A DNA stretch of 64,000 nt. Origin: Laetmonice hystrix (Eukaryota). Position numbers and translations under genes: made by a program. The stretch's first letter is position 1. Each line of letters starts with the position of its first letter. The DNA is taken from assembly GCA_965235115.1 (NCBI GenBank), contig OZ249450.1, positions 15,004,001 to 15,068,000 on the forward strand. Reading direction: 5' to 3'. A model generated the notes under the pieces. It made no database searches and was not told the origin of the DNA. It saw nothing but the letters and a program-made list of their open reading frames with translations. Below are positions 1 through 13,620 of this stretch, piece by piece.

Positions 1-3000
1 GCGTCGTACGTCAGCAAAATAGACCTGTGCTGACGTCACAACAAGAGCAGCGATTTCTGCCGCCTTCTCAGGCAGTTGCCGCCCAGTTATACGAAACCAA
101 CGATGCGTGTGATTGTCAAGAACCAGTCGCTTGTCGGCGCTCCATCTATTAAAGACATATCGTGCCTAGATTTGCAGCCACCAGAACGCTGGGCCGGAGG
201 TATATCGGCCTAATCCGGCACATATGATACATTGCTTGGCGCTACGGCTCAGGACGCGGCGCAAGCACCATTTTCTGGTGCACAAAGGATGCTATTCGTT
301 TGTGCCAAAGCAACCTGGGCTCGCCTCAGCAATCCTTATATCGTATAAAGGGCCATTTTGTCCACAAAGATCTGGCTCATTCTGAGCGATATTTCGTGCT
401 ATCAATTCCCCGGGAGGACACTAAAAGCAATATCATGTTCGATTGCGGATTGAAATAAAATGAAGCATTAGCAGAAGATTTCTTTCCGCCGTGACCACTT
501 TGTGAATTACGATATTGCATGTATCATCTTGCCATTTATTCAGCTCCTCCTATTTCAACGACTCTTAGATTCATGTAAGTCCAATGTTACAGGCATATTA
601 ATATATGTACCCCTACTATTTTAATTCTAAGTATCTATTAGACGCGAACAGAATGTATAAAACAAAAGACCAACCCCAAAAAAACAATAAAAATGAATTG
701 TTTTAATAGCATGTCTACTTTCGATGAAATATGAGATGAGAGTAATGCTAATAATGGCGCCTCTGGCCATGGAAAGCCCCATAAGCTATTTTCAGCCTGC
801 CCATCCCCTACACATCATGAGCTATGTGAGATAAAACGTGTCACAAATCCTGCAGAAAGTACTTACAAATACTTGTGAAGCCATTGTCAAACTCGAGAAC
901 AGATGACATAAACACATTCCATCCATACTGCTTAACACTAAACTAATATTTAAGGGTACATGAACTGAATGTTAGTGGATAGGTATGTGTAGGACTTTCG
1001 ACCTGTGATCTTACAAGTTTCTTTTATTAAGTGGTACACGCCAAGTGAAGAAACCAGATATATACCTTCGCTTTAAATGTTTTTTGATGTCTTACCTAGA
1101 CCTAAAGAACTAAGCCCTACGCCGACCACCAGAGGTCGTTAGAAGGCGGTCAGAGAGTGATCTTGAGGTCAACTGCATGCTGTTCTCAGACCCGGCCATA
1201 ATCAACAGCTGCTTCGGCTAAGCGGAAATGAACTCTTGGCTAGCCACACCTACCCCTGGCTTCTAGATCGTCTTTCAAAGAGGCTCATGTAAGGTTGCAC
1301 GCCTGGTAATCGGACTGGAAGTCCGTTCAGCACCTAAACTACCTGTAAGACACTCTTCACCGGGGCGTTTTATATCTGGTGTTATCGTGGCCCTCAGGCA
1401 GTCAACCACCAACCGTCGGAGGCTGCACTTCCGGGTCATTAACGTTGTAACGGGTTAGTCACAGGTTGTGCAGGTTGCATCTGTTTCCTCTGAAAACAAC
1501 AGATCTGGCACAGGAGGCGCTAGTGTACACATCACTGGCCTCAGTTGCAACGGGACATATAAAAAAAATCGAAATAGTGTGCTTCCCTCTCGCTTTATAA
1601 GATTGCAGTGACATTTCAGTTAAGACTTCTTGAACCTGGGCAAATCAGGCTGCCTTGCCTGAGTAGATGCCAGCAGGTCACAGAATCTAAAGGGTTAAGG
1701 TACTGAGGCAATGACGGGTACCTGACTCCAATACCAGCACGGTACCGTTTGAGGGATATGACCAGTGTGAAATAAAACTAAAACTCTTTGGTCTGTTAAT
1801 TGTCGGTCAATTCGTCTCGTTTAAGTTTTATCCTTTCACGTCCCCGGCCTCTGACCTTATTAAGTGGGTGTAGTCTATCATACAAGACATGCCGGCAGGC
1901 CCTGAACGTGACTAAGAGCTGGGTGTCCTGTTGGACAATAATCACCTCACTATCTGTTTTGGTGAAGTGTTTGACACTTTGGCCTCACCCGTAGTTTAAG
2001 AAGACAGCTACCGAAGGTGTTTACAGGCGACCCGCTGTTGAAACCCACCTATCGCCACCCACCATTAGTAGAACGAAGTGCGTAGGATTCAGCCGGGCTT
2101 AAATTGTAGACTTCATGAGCACGGGATAAGATGCTTCTGGTTGCAGGAAAGAGCTCCTTCTTAAAAGATTGCAAATCTATGCTCATGTCATGACATTTCT
2201 GTTTTCTGGCTCGATGGGCTGGCACAGTAGTGCTCCAGCAATGACAGGCGGTCACAAAGGTTGTGATGTTGATGATGATTTCTTACAGAGGCCTGAATTC
2301 TAGAAAATAATCAGTCAATACCTTTGTGATTCTAAGAAGGCTACGCAGATCAGCCAAAAACTTGCTAAAAATTAAACAGCAAGTGGTTTCATTTTGAAGT
2401 AATAACAGTCTTTCGATGCCGTGCACTGAATTACGCTATAAGACGCTATCTGAAAGTGTTTAGGGATTATGATGAAGGCTCTGGTACAAGAGAACATCCC
2501 TGTGACGTACATCATCAATCTGCCGTCCCGTTCCTACAGGCTCCGTATCTATCACACACCTCGGCCCAGTTAAAGTTCGCCGGGCGCCCATATAATGATC
2601 AATATTTGCAGGTGTGCCGCAGGTGTCAGGGGTGACCAGTGCCCACCATTCTATTAGCCCCCAGCGCCCGTACTGCCCCCTTGGTGAGCCTCCGCCAAGG
2701 TGGCACAACAATTAACGCCTGGCAGAACGGTGCACGGGCTAGCTTAGCGTAACGCTGAGTTCGCACTTTCCGACTTAAGTGCCAAACTTTGATCTTGTTT
2801 CGTCTTAGATCTGCCGCCCGACCCTAGGGGCTGTAGCGGCACTCATTTGTCTATACGTCAGTGTATCCGATGAACAGGCGCAAAGTCGACCGCCCGCTCC
2901 ACATGGTGACCTGACCCGCCACCCCCACCCATCCCGGCCGCCTGACCCCCTCTCCCGGATCGGGGTGGGGAGGGTGGGGGGTGGGGGGGCTTAGTCCGCA

Positions 3001-4809
3001 CTCGGTGGCGGCGGTATATCGGGATGAGGGAGCAAGGAGCCAGGGTCAGCAAACCTTGGAGGGATCGGCTCATCATGAGGAGTTGATTCGGTTACACGTG
3101 TTGACAAGCACGCATCCTATAAGTAACATGGGCCACGTGGGTGCGTGGATGTGCGCAGGAAGAATCCGAAAGGTGGCGCTGTCTTGCGGCCTTTATCGGA
3201 ACGTGAGTGCGCGTACTGTGAATGTGAATGGTTCAGTACTGTGAATGGCTCAGTGTGAATAATTTAGATTATACATAATTTTAGCTATATTCTGTTTCCA
3301 TATAACGATGGCTCAGCGTCGTACTTTAATACCTCTCGACTAAAATTATCCAATATAAGCGATATCCCACATATTGAAGGATTGATCCTTCACAAGCTAA
3401 CCATGGTCGCGAATCTAAACAATTCAGAACGTCAACGAACCGCCCGCCATGCACATGGACAGACTCATGTAGAAACCATTGCTCTTTGGCCACTCAATTC
3501 CCAAGCACCATGTCATTCTAAAACAGAAGTGTCGTGTTTGAAAGGAGTTTGGTCCATGGCGCCCGTCTCCCCTCATCATGACAAGGTGTTCGCCTCCAGC
3601 CGCGGGGAGTTCACCCCCGGTATGGGGAGTTGACCCCCAGTATACGGTGTGACCGTCGCTGATCACAACAACCCTGTTCATGTCCACACCTGACATCCTG
3701 CCGACTCACATCTATGTCATACCTTCCTCACACCATGGCCAAAAGGCCGACCACCCACCATAGGCCACCTGGGCAAGGGACACTGAAAACATCGTGATCA
3801 CTGTCTAGTGTTGTGGTACTCCCTACCGATTTAACTAGGTTAATAGCATAGCGAGCAGCGATAACCAAATTAACATACCAAACGATAACGTTACTCCATA
3901 TTGCTAGTCTGAACCTTTACGATATGCACTTACTGAAATGAAACACATATTCATTCCCAAAGAGAAGTATTACAACCCAAAAGAAATCAAAGGGCCCCAA
4001 GAAATGTGTCTATATTTATCCATTCAATCGAAACCTTATTTCTTCCACAGTGCATTACTTAAACAGATTTTGCTCTACCACGCTGACTGGGACGCACAGA
4101 CTGGCTATACTCCATTTGATCTCAAGTTGAAGTCGTGAACACTATCTACCTCCCGGGACCATCTGTCCCACACAACCTGTCCTCCTAACCTGTGTGTATA
4201 CCACCAACGAAGACTATGTATATTAAAACATATTGCCAACGCGATAATGGACGCTATGCGGCGATTTTCAGAGGACATCAACTATTCACGCATTGATTCG
4301 TTCGTTGATGTTAGACCGTCCACAGAGATACCCCAGCGGGGATGCAGAGACACCTGGCGTGAACCGTTGCAACGTTAATGGGCCGGAAGTGCCGCCATTA
4401 GTCATACAAACCAAGTGGATCTGGAACGCTGGGCCATGAATGATTCCCACTGACGTAAACACAGTTAAGATTAAAGGTTTTGTTGGCGACACACCTGTTT
4501 TGTTGTGTCAGACTTAAATCCTTGGCTTGAACCAAGATATATACAGACAGATAGGCGGCCGCCACATTGACACTCAGAAAACACCTATCATCTTTTCTTG
4601 TAATATATACACTATGCCAGTGCTCCTACCGGAGATATAATTCTTTGAGCTTGCTTTTTTTCACAGTTCGTTCAAGAAAATATAGCTGGTTTGAAAAGAA
4701 CAGGCAACAATGTTCTGCACTTCAGAAGGCCAGAACTATACATTTTATAGATACGAGTATGAGCTATGACGTAATCAATGGACCCTACTACAGAATGTCT
4801 TTCTGAAAA

Positions 4810-5219
4810 TACAGGGTGTTTCAAAAAGAAGGTAATCCAAAAAGTAAGGTATCACCGTAAAATAGAATCTTAGCACTTTTCATTGACACCTTGTTTACCA
4901 TTCAAGGGTCACACATCATCAAGCACCATTGTGTTGAAATTATGGTGCAAAATTGTGGTTGGTTCTATCTTGAACGAAATCAACATTGGCCGCATCAAAT
5001 TTGTTTGGGGTGTAAGTGGAAATGCCTATGCTGGTTATGCAACTGCTCTTAGTTAATGGCCTAAGAGTTTATTCATGGCCTTCAGGTCACAGTGTGTAAA
5101 CCTCAGGTTGTCACAATGATACAGCTAACGATAGAACAGAGAATCATTGTGGTCAAGGCATTCCATGAAACCAGAAGTTTGCAAGCCACACAGAACCACC
5201 AGCAAGGAAAACAATCTGG
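4810..5219 (+). mobile_element. 5' relic of a Tc1/mariner-superfamily (maT/DD37D-like, DUF4817 HTH) DNA transposon
   Basis: Starts TA|CAGGGTGTTTCAAAAAG, a typical mariner-type terminus after a TA target. ATG at 5116 gives MIQLTIEQRIIVVKAFHETRSLQATQ, and after a frame shift PPARKTIW (5196-5219), resembling the N-terminal HTH of DUF4817-type transposases. No second TIR was found. Confidence 0.75.
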
Positions 5220-8200
5220 CTCCGTGTGCTTCATACTTTTCCACACTGGCCCAGATTGAGGTTGATCTGCTACCTCTCGCCTTTGTTACCGGACTCCCAG
5301 AATATGCCAGCCACGCTCACTGATACCCGATTGAATTACAAATGAACGTGACTCTCTCTCTTGCCTCTAGTAACCTCTAAGTGATAGAGGTCTACGGGGG
5401 GCACATAACCCTCAAGTCAGTCAAGTAACGGTTGTCAGGACTGAACAAAAATTACCTAGGTGCAATAAGTTGTCCCTCTCCAGTCCCTCTAAAATAAACA
5501 AAGATATATAAACGAGAAATATTCACATCAATGCTCTATGTTCTCCTGAATTGGGAGCAATCGGTTCGGTTTGAATCCCAGCGTTTGTACAGGAAGCTGG
5601 GGCTTTGCCCAGACACCCCAGGTGACTGACCCTCGCCACGTGGTAACGAGACCGAAGTATTTAGACCCCCGTTGTTTGTAAGTGGTTGACGTCGAGCCCT
5701 GGCCTGGTCCAACTGTCGCGCTTATCGGAACACGCCACCCCCTGGCGGCGTAAAGGCGCATACCTGTGGCTTGCACCAGACGGTCGGTGTGGGAGCGATA
5801 TCTCGCTCTATTTCTCACATTTCATACCTCAATTGCCAGACAAGCGGAGAGGTATCCCTTTGCTATCCGTCTTTACCGGTCTTACCTCCGTCCGCGAGCG
5901 CTGCCTGCCGTGTTATCAATGTGGACGCCGCGGGGATAAGCTTACCAATTTGTTTGTCCGACATATCCAGTCTAGATCGTCTGTGGGACGGAAGTTGGGG
6001 CGGGGGCTGGGGTCATTGTGCCACAGACTGATACTATTACAAACAGCCAGACGATTTGGGACCACAAAACATCAAGTGTTGTGCCTAATTCTGATTAATT
6101 CAAATAGCACGGACTATCTCTCATGCAGTCAGCTACTTCCGGTTAGTTCTAGGCCTATCCACAAGGGGTCGCTTACTGTGATGCTTTGGCATTTTTATCA
6201 CTTGTTTCTGATAACACAACGCAAAATAGTGTTGGATAACATGAGAATTCCACGGAATTGAAGAAGAGCATCGATAAAGAAATGAACAATTTCTTGGTTG
6301 GGGTTTTATCTGTCTGGTGCCTCTTTTTACTGGCCCCATTCCTTCATTTCTTTCACACATTGTGATTTTCAATTCGCAGGATGTCACCCATATTATACGT
6401 TTGAATTAAAAATCGTCTGGATGAGGCCAGTACAATGATGGCGACGATTAGATCAACTGCACAGACGCAGTGTGAATGGCCTGGCCTGTTACCCAATACC
6501 ACTCGAGGTTTTAAGCATCTGGCACAATGTTGTCAAAGTGAAGCTGTGCCTACTCGCCGTCGGTTTCGTCGCTTATTAACGCCTTTTGAAGGCTTTGACC
6601 AACTGGGTCAAGGACGGTCATTGAGACGCGTGAGTGCCGAGTCATCAGTCGGGAAGGAAGGGTGGCTTCCTGGAAAATCGGCTGAAGCCACAGATGAGAC
6701 ACAATAAGTGATTACGCTCTTGAGAACGCGCCATAGAGCATGTACGCGTCGCTGCTTTCAATCGGCTCGCAACGTCTTGAAGTCTCCGCTTTGGAGGCAA
6801 AACATCGGGTGGACGCCTTTTATTGTAGTAATTAAAGTTTTCTATCCTCGGATTAATACGGGCAAATGAGGGTGTTGTGCGTTACGAGTGCGTAATTGAC
6901 GATAAGCTGTTGATAGGCCGATGAAGACTACGGCGCATCTGAGAGCCTCGCTTTGAGTTCGCTACCTGCGTACCTTGCGTTGCCATGGCAGCACATTTTT
7001 AAAGATCTTATCGCAACTGAGATGCGCTACGCCAGCGTACCGACATGATTCGCCATTCCTGTTTGGTCACCAGTTGAGCCCGGCTTCGCTCACTCAAAAT
7101 CTCATCCTAATTCCCTCCCCCCCCCCCCCCCCCCGATCCAATACCCAAAAACCTAGCTGTGACGTATGACGTATGACGTATATTTGACGTCAAAACTCCC
7201 AATGACCTTCCTGCCTTTGGAACCCCCTAACAGCCACCGCGAACAGCTGATGGAGAAAACAGATGTCGGGACCAAACATAAACCCTTGCTCTCTACAAAT
7301 ACAGCTACTCCTGCATCACCTGTAGTTTAACGGTTAGATCACAACTCTAAGTTATGTATTTCATGTCAAATGTTATAACAGCCGTATACTTAATCATTCT
7401 GAGTTGGTGATGGCGCGGTGTAAGGTGTTATTTCAGTAGTGCTGTTTCCTCGGTCAAGCGGAGCTATATATCAATCGTATTTTATATCAGATACATACGT
7501 AGGATAAAGACATACCACACGGGTCAACTCCAGGTGAGCGGCACGAGGCTGGGAACGGATAGAATGGTTCCTTAACGGCATTCCTGCCGCGTGGGGGCGC
7601 ACGTGTCGCACCTTATCAACTGGCGTCCTACATCTGTCATTGGCATCAACCCACGGGCGTAGTGGTTAAAAAACGGACACAAACCTATCTCACATTCACA
7701 TAGAGCCAATATTGACCGTTATAAAGTATTACCTTGATGACAGGATGACTCCAATCACAGATGTGATGATGGGTTTTAAGAAATCGTGCCTGCGGTATCA
7801 TGGAAGTGGTATAGGTATGAAGTAAACACACTTACCAAGAAAATGTGTTTACGTACACCCAAAGTGGAGCCAGGATAAGAAAGTTCATAACACTTTCTTA
7901 TCGGGCCGATACTGAGACCGCAACATATTTACAGATAAATTCCATGTGTATCTTAGCTGGGGAGAACATTATGGCCTTCAGGAGGTACTTTACTGATAGT
8001 GCGATCTGGCGATTACAACAGAAGTCTATCTTTTTGCACTTTACTATTGGACAGGAAGTTAACCCCATTGGCTGCCGTGTACCGTATATGACTATCTAAG
8101 GTAGATAGGTTTCAACAAAACTTCATGTTTCAATAAACCCAAACCTTCTCTACGGCTAGGTCCTAGCATTTACACAGACGTGTTTCCTGTCCCGTGTCTA

Positions 8201-9627
8201 TGTTGTTAATGGCTGACACTGTCCTATCATTTTAACACTGTGGTAGAAGCAACATGTAGACAGGATACATATCAGACCTTGCGAGCAGCGTTCATTGTAT
8301 GCTGTATGTTGACCCACACAGGTGTTGATATTTATACGTCCCCATGTTCGCACTGACGGGCGTGAACACACGCACTGCAATACATCACGCATAGTTCATT
8401 ACTTTAATATTTCAACGTCTTTTATCGGCACCAGTCAAGGAAATTGATAGCCGCTTAATGCGGCCTGTAGGAGCGGTATAAGGTTAAATTGATTCCCTTA
8501 CCATAGACGGTTTTTGATTGGATTTACCTTAATGTTTCTTGATCACTGATTGCAACCTTGCCGGTCGCCCATCAACTCGGCTGATATATTATTCAAGGCG
8601 TGCATTTGTGAAACATGGGTCCTCACATTGTCGTTAATATCTATTAGGCTTTGAACCGAGCCATACGTGTGCACATGCTTGCTCGCCTTAATGACACCGC
8701 GTCCTCCGCGGAAAGCCATCGTCATCATTGCATCGCGTCATTATAACCAGCGAATATTCATGATTGCATGATGGACAACGCAGCGCTGGTGCATGTTCGC
8801 GTACTTGAAACACACCTAGGGCTGTAACTTCTATATCGGGCGTTATATAGGCCTATCACATTACGTTTCTTGTCATCAAATTGCGTACGTTTAATATTGA
8901 AAGGTCGATCTTTGGTTCGGGTTGAAATAGAGTTCAATGAAGTCCTGAAGATAATTAATAGTCAGGATCAATCCATATCCATGTCCGTTTAATCCGGGAA
9001 TATAATAGGTTGTGCCTATAGGCCACTATTCGCACTGTCATCTATATAGGATTACATTTCTAAGACAACACAGAAACCGACACAGTGCTCTGTCATATTG
9101 ATATAGATATTTTTATAGCCACGAACTGCCATCAGTTTCCTTGGTAGGTCGAAACTGTGGCGACCCCTTGTGGGATAAGATCAGAACCACAGCCAATAAT
9201 CAGTGTGAATCTTGTGTCCCATTGAATGCTGCTGACAGAGCATGAATTAGGGAGTAGTGATATTTTGTATGAGTTTGGGATGTGACACTAGTCCAGAGAA
9301 TGGCTATACGAAACTAACTCTGACAATAATAATATCGTAACCTACACTGGGGCAAGCAAGTCTTTAAATTAGGACTTTAGTGGCGCAACGTTTCTCCTTG
9401 TATCGTCTTTCCTTTTCAGAAAGGCAGGAGAAATTGGTTTTATAATTTCCTATGAGGCTCAGTTAACAATATGCCTTCTCAGATTTATAGTATACTGAAA
9501 TTGGAATTGCCCGATTATATGTGACCATTCCCCCGATCGTATCTGAAAATAACCTGAAAGTCAAAGCCGAACTCTCTGTGGGCAACATGAGTGGATAAAG
9601 GCTAAGTTAAGATATCACGTTATGTGA

Positions 9628-10106
9628 CCGAGATACGCCTTCTACACACGCACGTGTGGAATTCGTCCCGAGATACGCCTTCTACACACGCACGTGTGGA
9701 GTTCGTCTCGAGATACGCCTTCTACACACGCACGTGTGGAGTTCGTCCCGAGATACGCCTTCTACACACGCACGTGTGGAGTGTGTCCCGAGATACGCCT
9801 TCTACACACGCACGTGTGGAGTTCGTCTCGAGATACGCCTTCTACACACGCACGTGTGGAGTTCGTCCCGAGATACGCCTTCTACACACGCACGTGTGGA
9901 GTTCGTCTCGAGATACGCCTTCTACACACGCACGTGTGGAGTTCGTCCCGAGATACGCCTTCTACACACGCACGTGTGGAGTTCGTTTCGAGATACGCCT
10001 TCTACACACGCACGTGTGGAGTTCGTCCCGAGATACGCCTTCTACACACGCACGTGTGGAGTTCGTCCCGAGATACGCCTTCTACACAGCACGCACGTGT
10101 GGAGTT
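9628..10106. repeat. Minisatellite, 40-bp unit, about 12 copies
   Basis: Unit CCGAGATACGCCTTCTACACACGCACGTGTGGAGTTCGTC, near-identical copies, each with CACGTG and a CACAC-gcac-GTGTG hairpin. Confidence 0.97.
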
Positions 10107-10112
10107 TGTCAG

Positions 10113-10167
10113 AGAAAACTATGATGCATTGGTTAACTGACCATGTGCGACTACTGGACCTTACAAG
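10113..10167 (+). other. Possible 55-nt exon abutting the 40-bp array
   Basis: TTTGTCAG acceptor, one open frame (KTMMHWLTDHVRLLDLT) and a strong AAG|GTAAGT donor. No homology recognised. Confidence 0.2.
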
Positions 10168-11108
10168 GTAAGTCGGTGGACCTAATACGTATAGCCTCAA
10201 CGTTGATGAGGCGAGCAGAAATAATCCTCGCCTGCAGCGTTCTACAACTGCTGAGGTCGTCCATGAGACCAGAACTAAATTTCAAGCCGACATTGATGTT
10301 TTGTGGTTTTCAGTTAAATGGTGTTTGGAGTGGTGTTTGACAGGCGCGTGGCGTACATTGGTTATGGTGTTTACGTGGTACGAGAGCCGATAATGGCTGG
10401 ATGAGTATTATGGATCTATAGTTAAATTGGGGTTGGTAGCCAGTTCTCATCCCATCTCCCTATACTATACCATTACACGTCGGGTTGTTAAAAAAAATTC
10501 TATTTTTATTTAGAGAGTGTCTTAGCGTATAGGGGGTTAAACATTCTTCAGTATAGCTCTACCCTTCCCGTTCCGTGCCTAGAATATTCCTGCCAAAGGA
10601 AAAGCTGGGGTGTGATTGAGGTTTCAGGTTGCCGTATATAAAACCACTCGGGTTGACCAGCTCCTACATCCTATACCCGACGCCCCACTACTTTCTCTTT
10701 GTGGGAAATTATGTGAAATATATGTTATGTGTGGAGGCTGACAGTAGCCGTGCATTACCGATTTAAGACAATCACCCCAGCTACATATAGTGACGTGTAC
10801 CTTAAGCTGCAAGTTGTGGGTCATTATCTGAGAGTGCATTCATTAGGATGGGCGCGTCTAGATAAACAGCAAGATAAGTGGCTATGTGTCGGTGAGATGG
10901 TGGTGCTATCAGTCGGCAATATCAGAACATACACGCCGTGAGAACCAGATCCGCCTGTGCAGACATCCATCAGGCCGGGCCGTCAGTAGAGAGAGAGGGA
11001 GAGTCAGCAGTTATAAGCTCCTGGCCGCCAGGCTGTGGACGGGTGTACCTGTAGACGGACGGTGGCGGTCGTAAACTTGGGCGAGGCTGCCCGCCTGCCG
11101 CGCGCTCA

Positions 11109-11127
11109 CAGCGCCACCTGGGGGCGG
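11109..11127 (-). promoter_or_regulatory. CTCF-like motif
   Basis: Minus strand CCGCCCCCAGGTGGCGCTG matches the CTCF core consensus and is 17/19 identical to the site at 61856-61874. Confidence 0.45.
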
Positions 11128-12301
11128 ACGCCCGCCGTCTCCACACTGCCACTATCTAGGCCACATGTTGGCGTGGTGGTGGTGGTGGTGTTTTGTACGT
11201 GAAGTACTCACCTGAGGCAGCTGCTACCCCCCCCCCCCCCACTACTCCTCCTCAGTCCCACCCCAACACCCGACAACCTCTTAGCTACTGCTCCCGGGTG
11301 TGACAGCTGGGCCGGGGGCAGGCCGTAGATACACATACATGTGACATCAACCAAGACACAATGCCTTCTTTGATGAAAGGGTTTACCAATATACTTCTTT
11401 CTCAATATGGAGGTCGCAGTAGAAACCAAATACTATTTTGGGGTTGTTCTAATGGAGGATTCTCAGAAAGGATGGTTGGTTGACACGTGCCTGGGAATGA
11501 AACCCACCTTGTAAGGGCCCACATCTGTGCGTCAACCCTCCGATGTAGAATATGCTACTGTTGGCAGTAGTTTATCCCTAATATTGCACTTCATGCAAAA
11601 TATCGACCTGCATCTGAGCCTTCAATGCGGACTATCCAATGTTCCAGCCGTCTAAATGAGTGCAGTATTACCCGTCATTATCATTACTCACGGGTCGTCG
11701 TATCATTGTGTCATGAGAGAACTCAAGTACGACCGTGGCGCCACCTATATGTGGCGTGGTCGAACCAAGGACTCGGTGTGCCGTGGAGAGCGCACGGTAT
11801 CATGTAGCAACTAATACAAACTCCTGTGTCAGCTGACGGGTACGAAACAGTCTTGGAATCAGTCTGTCGGATAAAATCTGCCGATATTCCGCTCCAAATG
11901 CACTCAACTCGTTTGCCTGAAGCAATTACCATCGCCCGCTTGTTATTCGAAGGGATTCTTTCTGCCCAACACTTGGAATCCTTGTCGCAGCAGAGAACAT
12001 GCTCTCTCACACACACAAAAACAATAGAGATCTATCTTATCGCCGAAACGATAAGTATTACAATGTTTTGCGGGTTGATATATCGAATTCTTCGAGCATC
12101 TATGATTTCATACATAGCTGTATAACATCCACTGGATGTTTTATGTCTGAGTTGCGCTCACTATGACATTCATCCTCCTTTTTTTCAAAGTTTATCATCA
12201 CCATTGCTATGACATCAATAGTACCGTCTTGTCGACCCTTGATCTGCTTACAACTGAACGAAACGTAAAATCCAGTCATCCCGGCACACTCATGACGTAT
12301 A

Positions 12302-12586
12302 CTCACAGGTCCTTATCTAGAGATAATCGTTCATCTCAGGTCCTAATCTAGCTATAATCGTTCCTCACAGGTCCCAATGATCTAGCTATAATCGTTCCTC
12401 CCAGGTCCTAATCTAGCGATGATCGTTCCTCCCAGGTCCTAATCTAGCGATAATCGTTTCTCACAGGTCCTAATCTAGGAATAACCGTTTCTCACGGGTT
12501 CCAATCTAGCGATAATCATTTCTCACAGGTTGGAATCTAGCGATAATCGTTTCTCACAGGTCCCAATCTGGCGATAATCGTTTCTC
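12302..12586. repeat. Minisatellite, 31-bp unit, about 9 diverged copies
   Basis: Unit approximately CACAGGTCCTAATCTAGCGATAATCGTTTCT. Period of 31 checked at 12400/12431. Confidence 0.93.
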
Positions 12587-13620
12587 GACTTTCTCCCACC
12601 ACTCCAATGTGACAGACATTCGGGTTCGTCATAATACTTGGTGGAGTAAGCATGACTTCCGCCCGTCCTGTTTGTACTCCAGTCGTAGAGTGAGGTTTGA
12701 GAATGCCTCCTTCCACCTTCTTCACCTTTAAAATAATCTGGTTGAGGTGTCCTCTTTCCTATACTTTCAATTTTGACGTAAATATACATAAATGTTCATA
12801 GTTTAGATAATATATGAAATTATTCATGAGGTTCGATTAGCCGCCATATTCTGGAGAGAAAATGTTGATCCCCTCTACTAATTCTGTCAGATGTGGTGAA
12901 TTATTCACATACGTTAAAATGGGCAGTGTGAACCGGCATGGTGCCATTAAAAGCAACATTATTATGAGGTGACCATGCGAAATTTACGGCCATGAAAAAA
13001 ACAACTAATTTGTGTTCCTTCATGACGTCATAAACACAGTAATATGTCTAACCATGAAAAATACGGATTGAAGCAATTTGAATTGCATCCCTCACTTATT
13101 GGAAATATGGACCACTTGGGCAGGGACGGCGGGGTTGTTAGGGAGTCGGGCAGTGTTACGACATGTGGACTTAAAACCCATTTACAGGGGGGCGGAAATC
13201 TGCAGGATTAATATTCCCGCTATTGTGAGAAATTTCTCTGCCCCCATTTGAATTTCCATAAAATGAATAGGGTGATTCTGATGCAAACTACCAGTTATTG
13301 AAATTCTCTATTGATCGGGCAGCTTGCGGTAAATGGTATTCCAAATCACGCGGTGCCCGATTATGAAAATATAATGCATCTTTGTAGTTGGCGGATAATA
13401 GATATAGTGACGGTATAATAGCGCTACCCGCCACAACGGCGACAACTGAGGCGTGTCGGTGCATGAATCGGTCTCATCATCGACGGAAACAACCGCTTGG
13501 TGGCGCCCCCATCGATCGAGTCCGGTCGGTTCCAGTTCGCTTACCTGCTGCTGACAGCCGAGGAGTATACTGCATTGTCTGGGTCCAGTTTTTACGACTT
13601 CCAGTTCAAAACGTTAGAGG

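Noticed and set aside
1687-1698. piggyBac-like TTAACCC ends (also about 8059, 32370 and 53690)
   Set aside because: Short isolated matches with no paired TIR identified.
1100-2711. Possible LINE or tyrosine-recombinase remnant on the minus strand
   Set aside because: Fragments such as IDLQSFKKEL are suggestive, but no diagnostic motif series could be assembled in any frame.
5686-6261. Longest ORF in the track (191 aa)
   Set aside because: No recognisable domain. Several overlapping frames are open in this GC-richer stretch, so I cannot choose a coding frame.
7655-7675. tRNA/SINE A-box-like GGCGTAGTGGTTAA
   Set aside because: No B-box or cloverleaf follows. No tRNA, rRNA or snRNA was recognised anywhere in the window.
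7730-7902. Two-exon model (APLWVYVNTFSW|HDFLKPIITSVIGVILSS) and an 11-bp hairpin at 7874-7902
   Set aside because: It needs a 46-nt intron and has an in-frame stop just upstream. A single 11-bp hairpin is weak evidence of function.
9624-10171. Three overlapping 148-171 aa ORFs
   Set aside because: Artefact of a stop-free 40-bp tandem repeat. All frames give the same permuted peptide.
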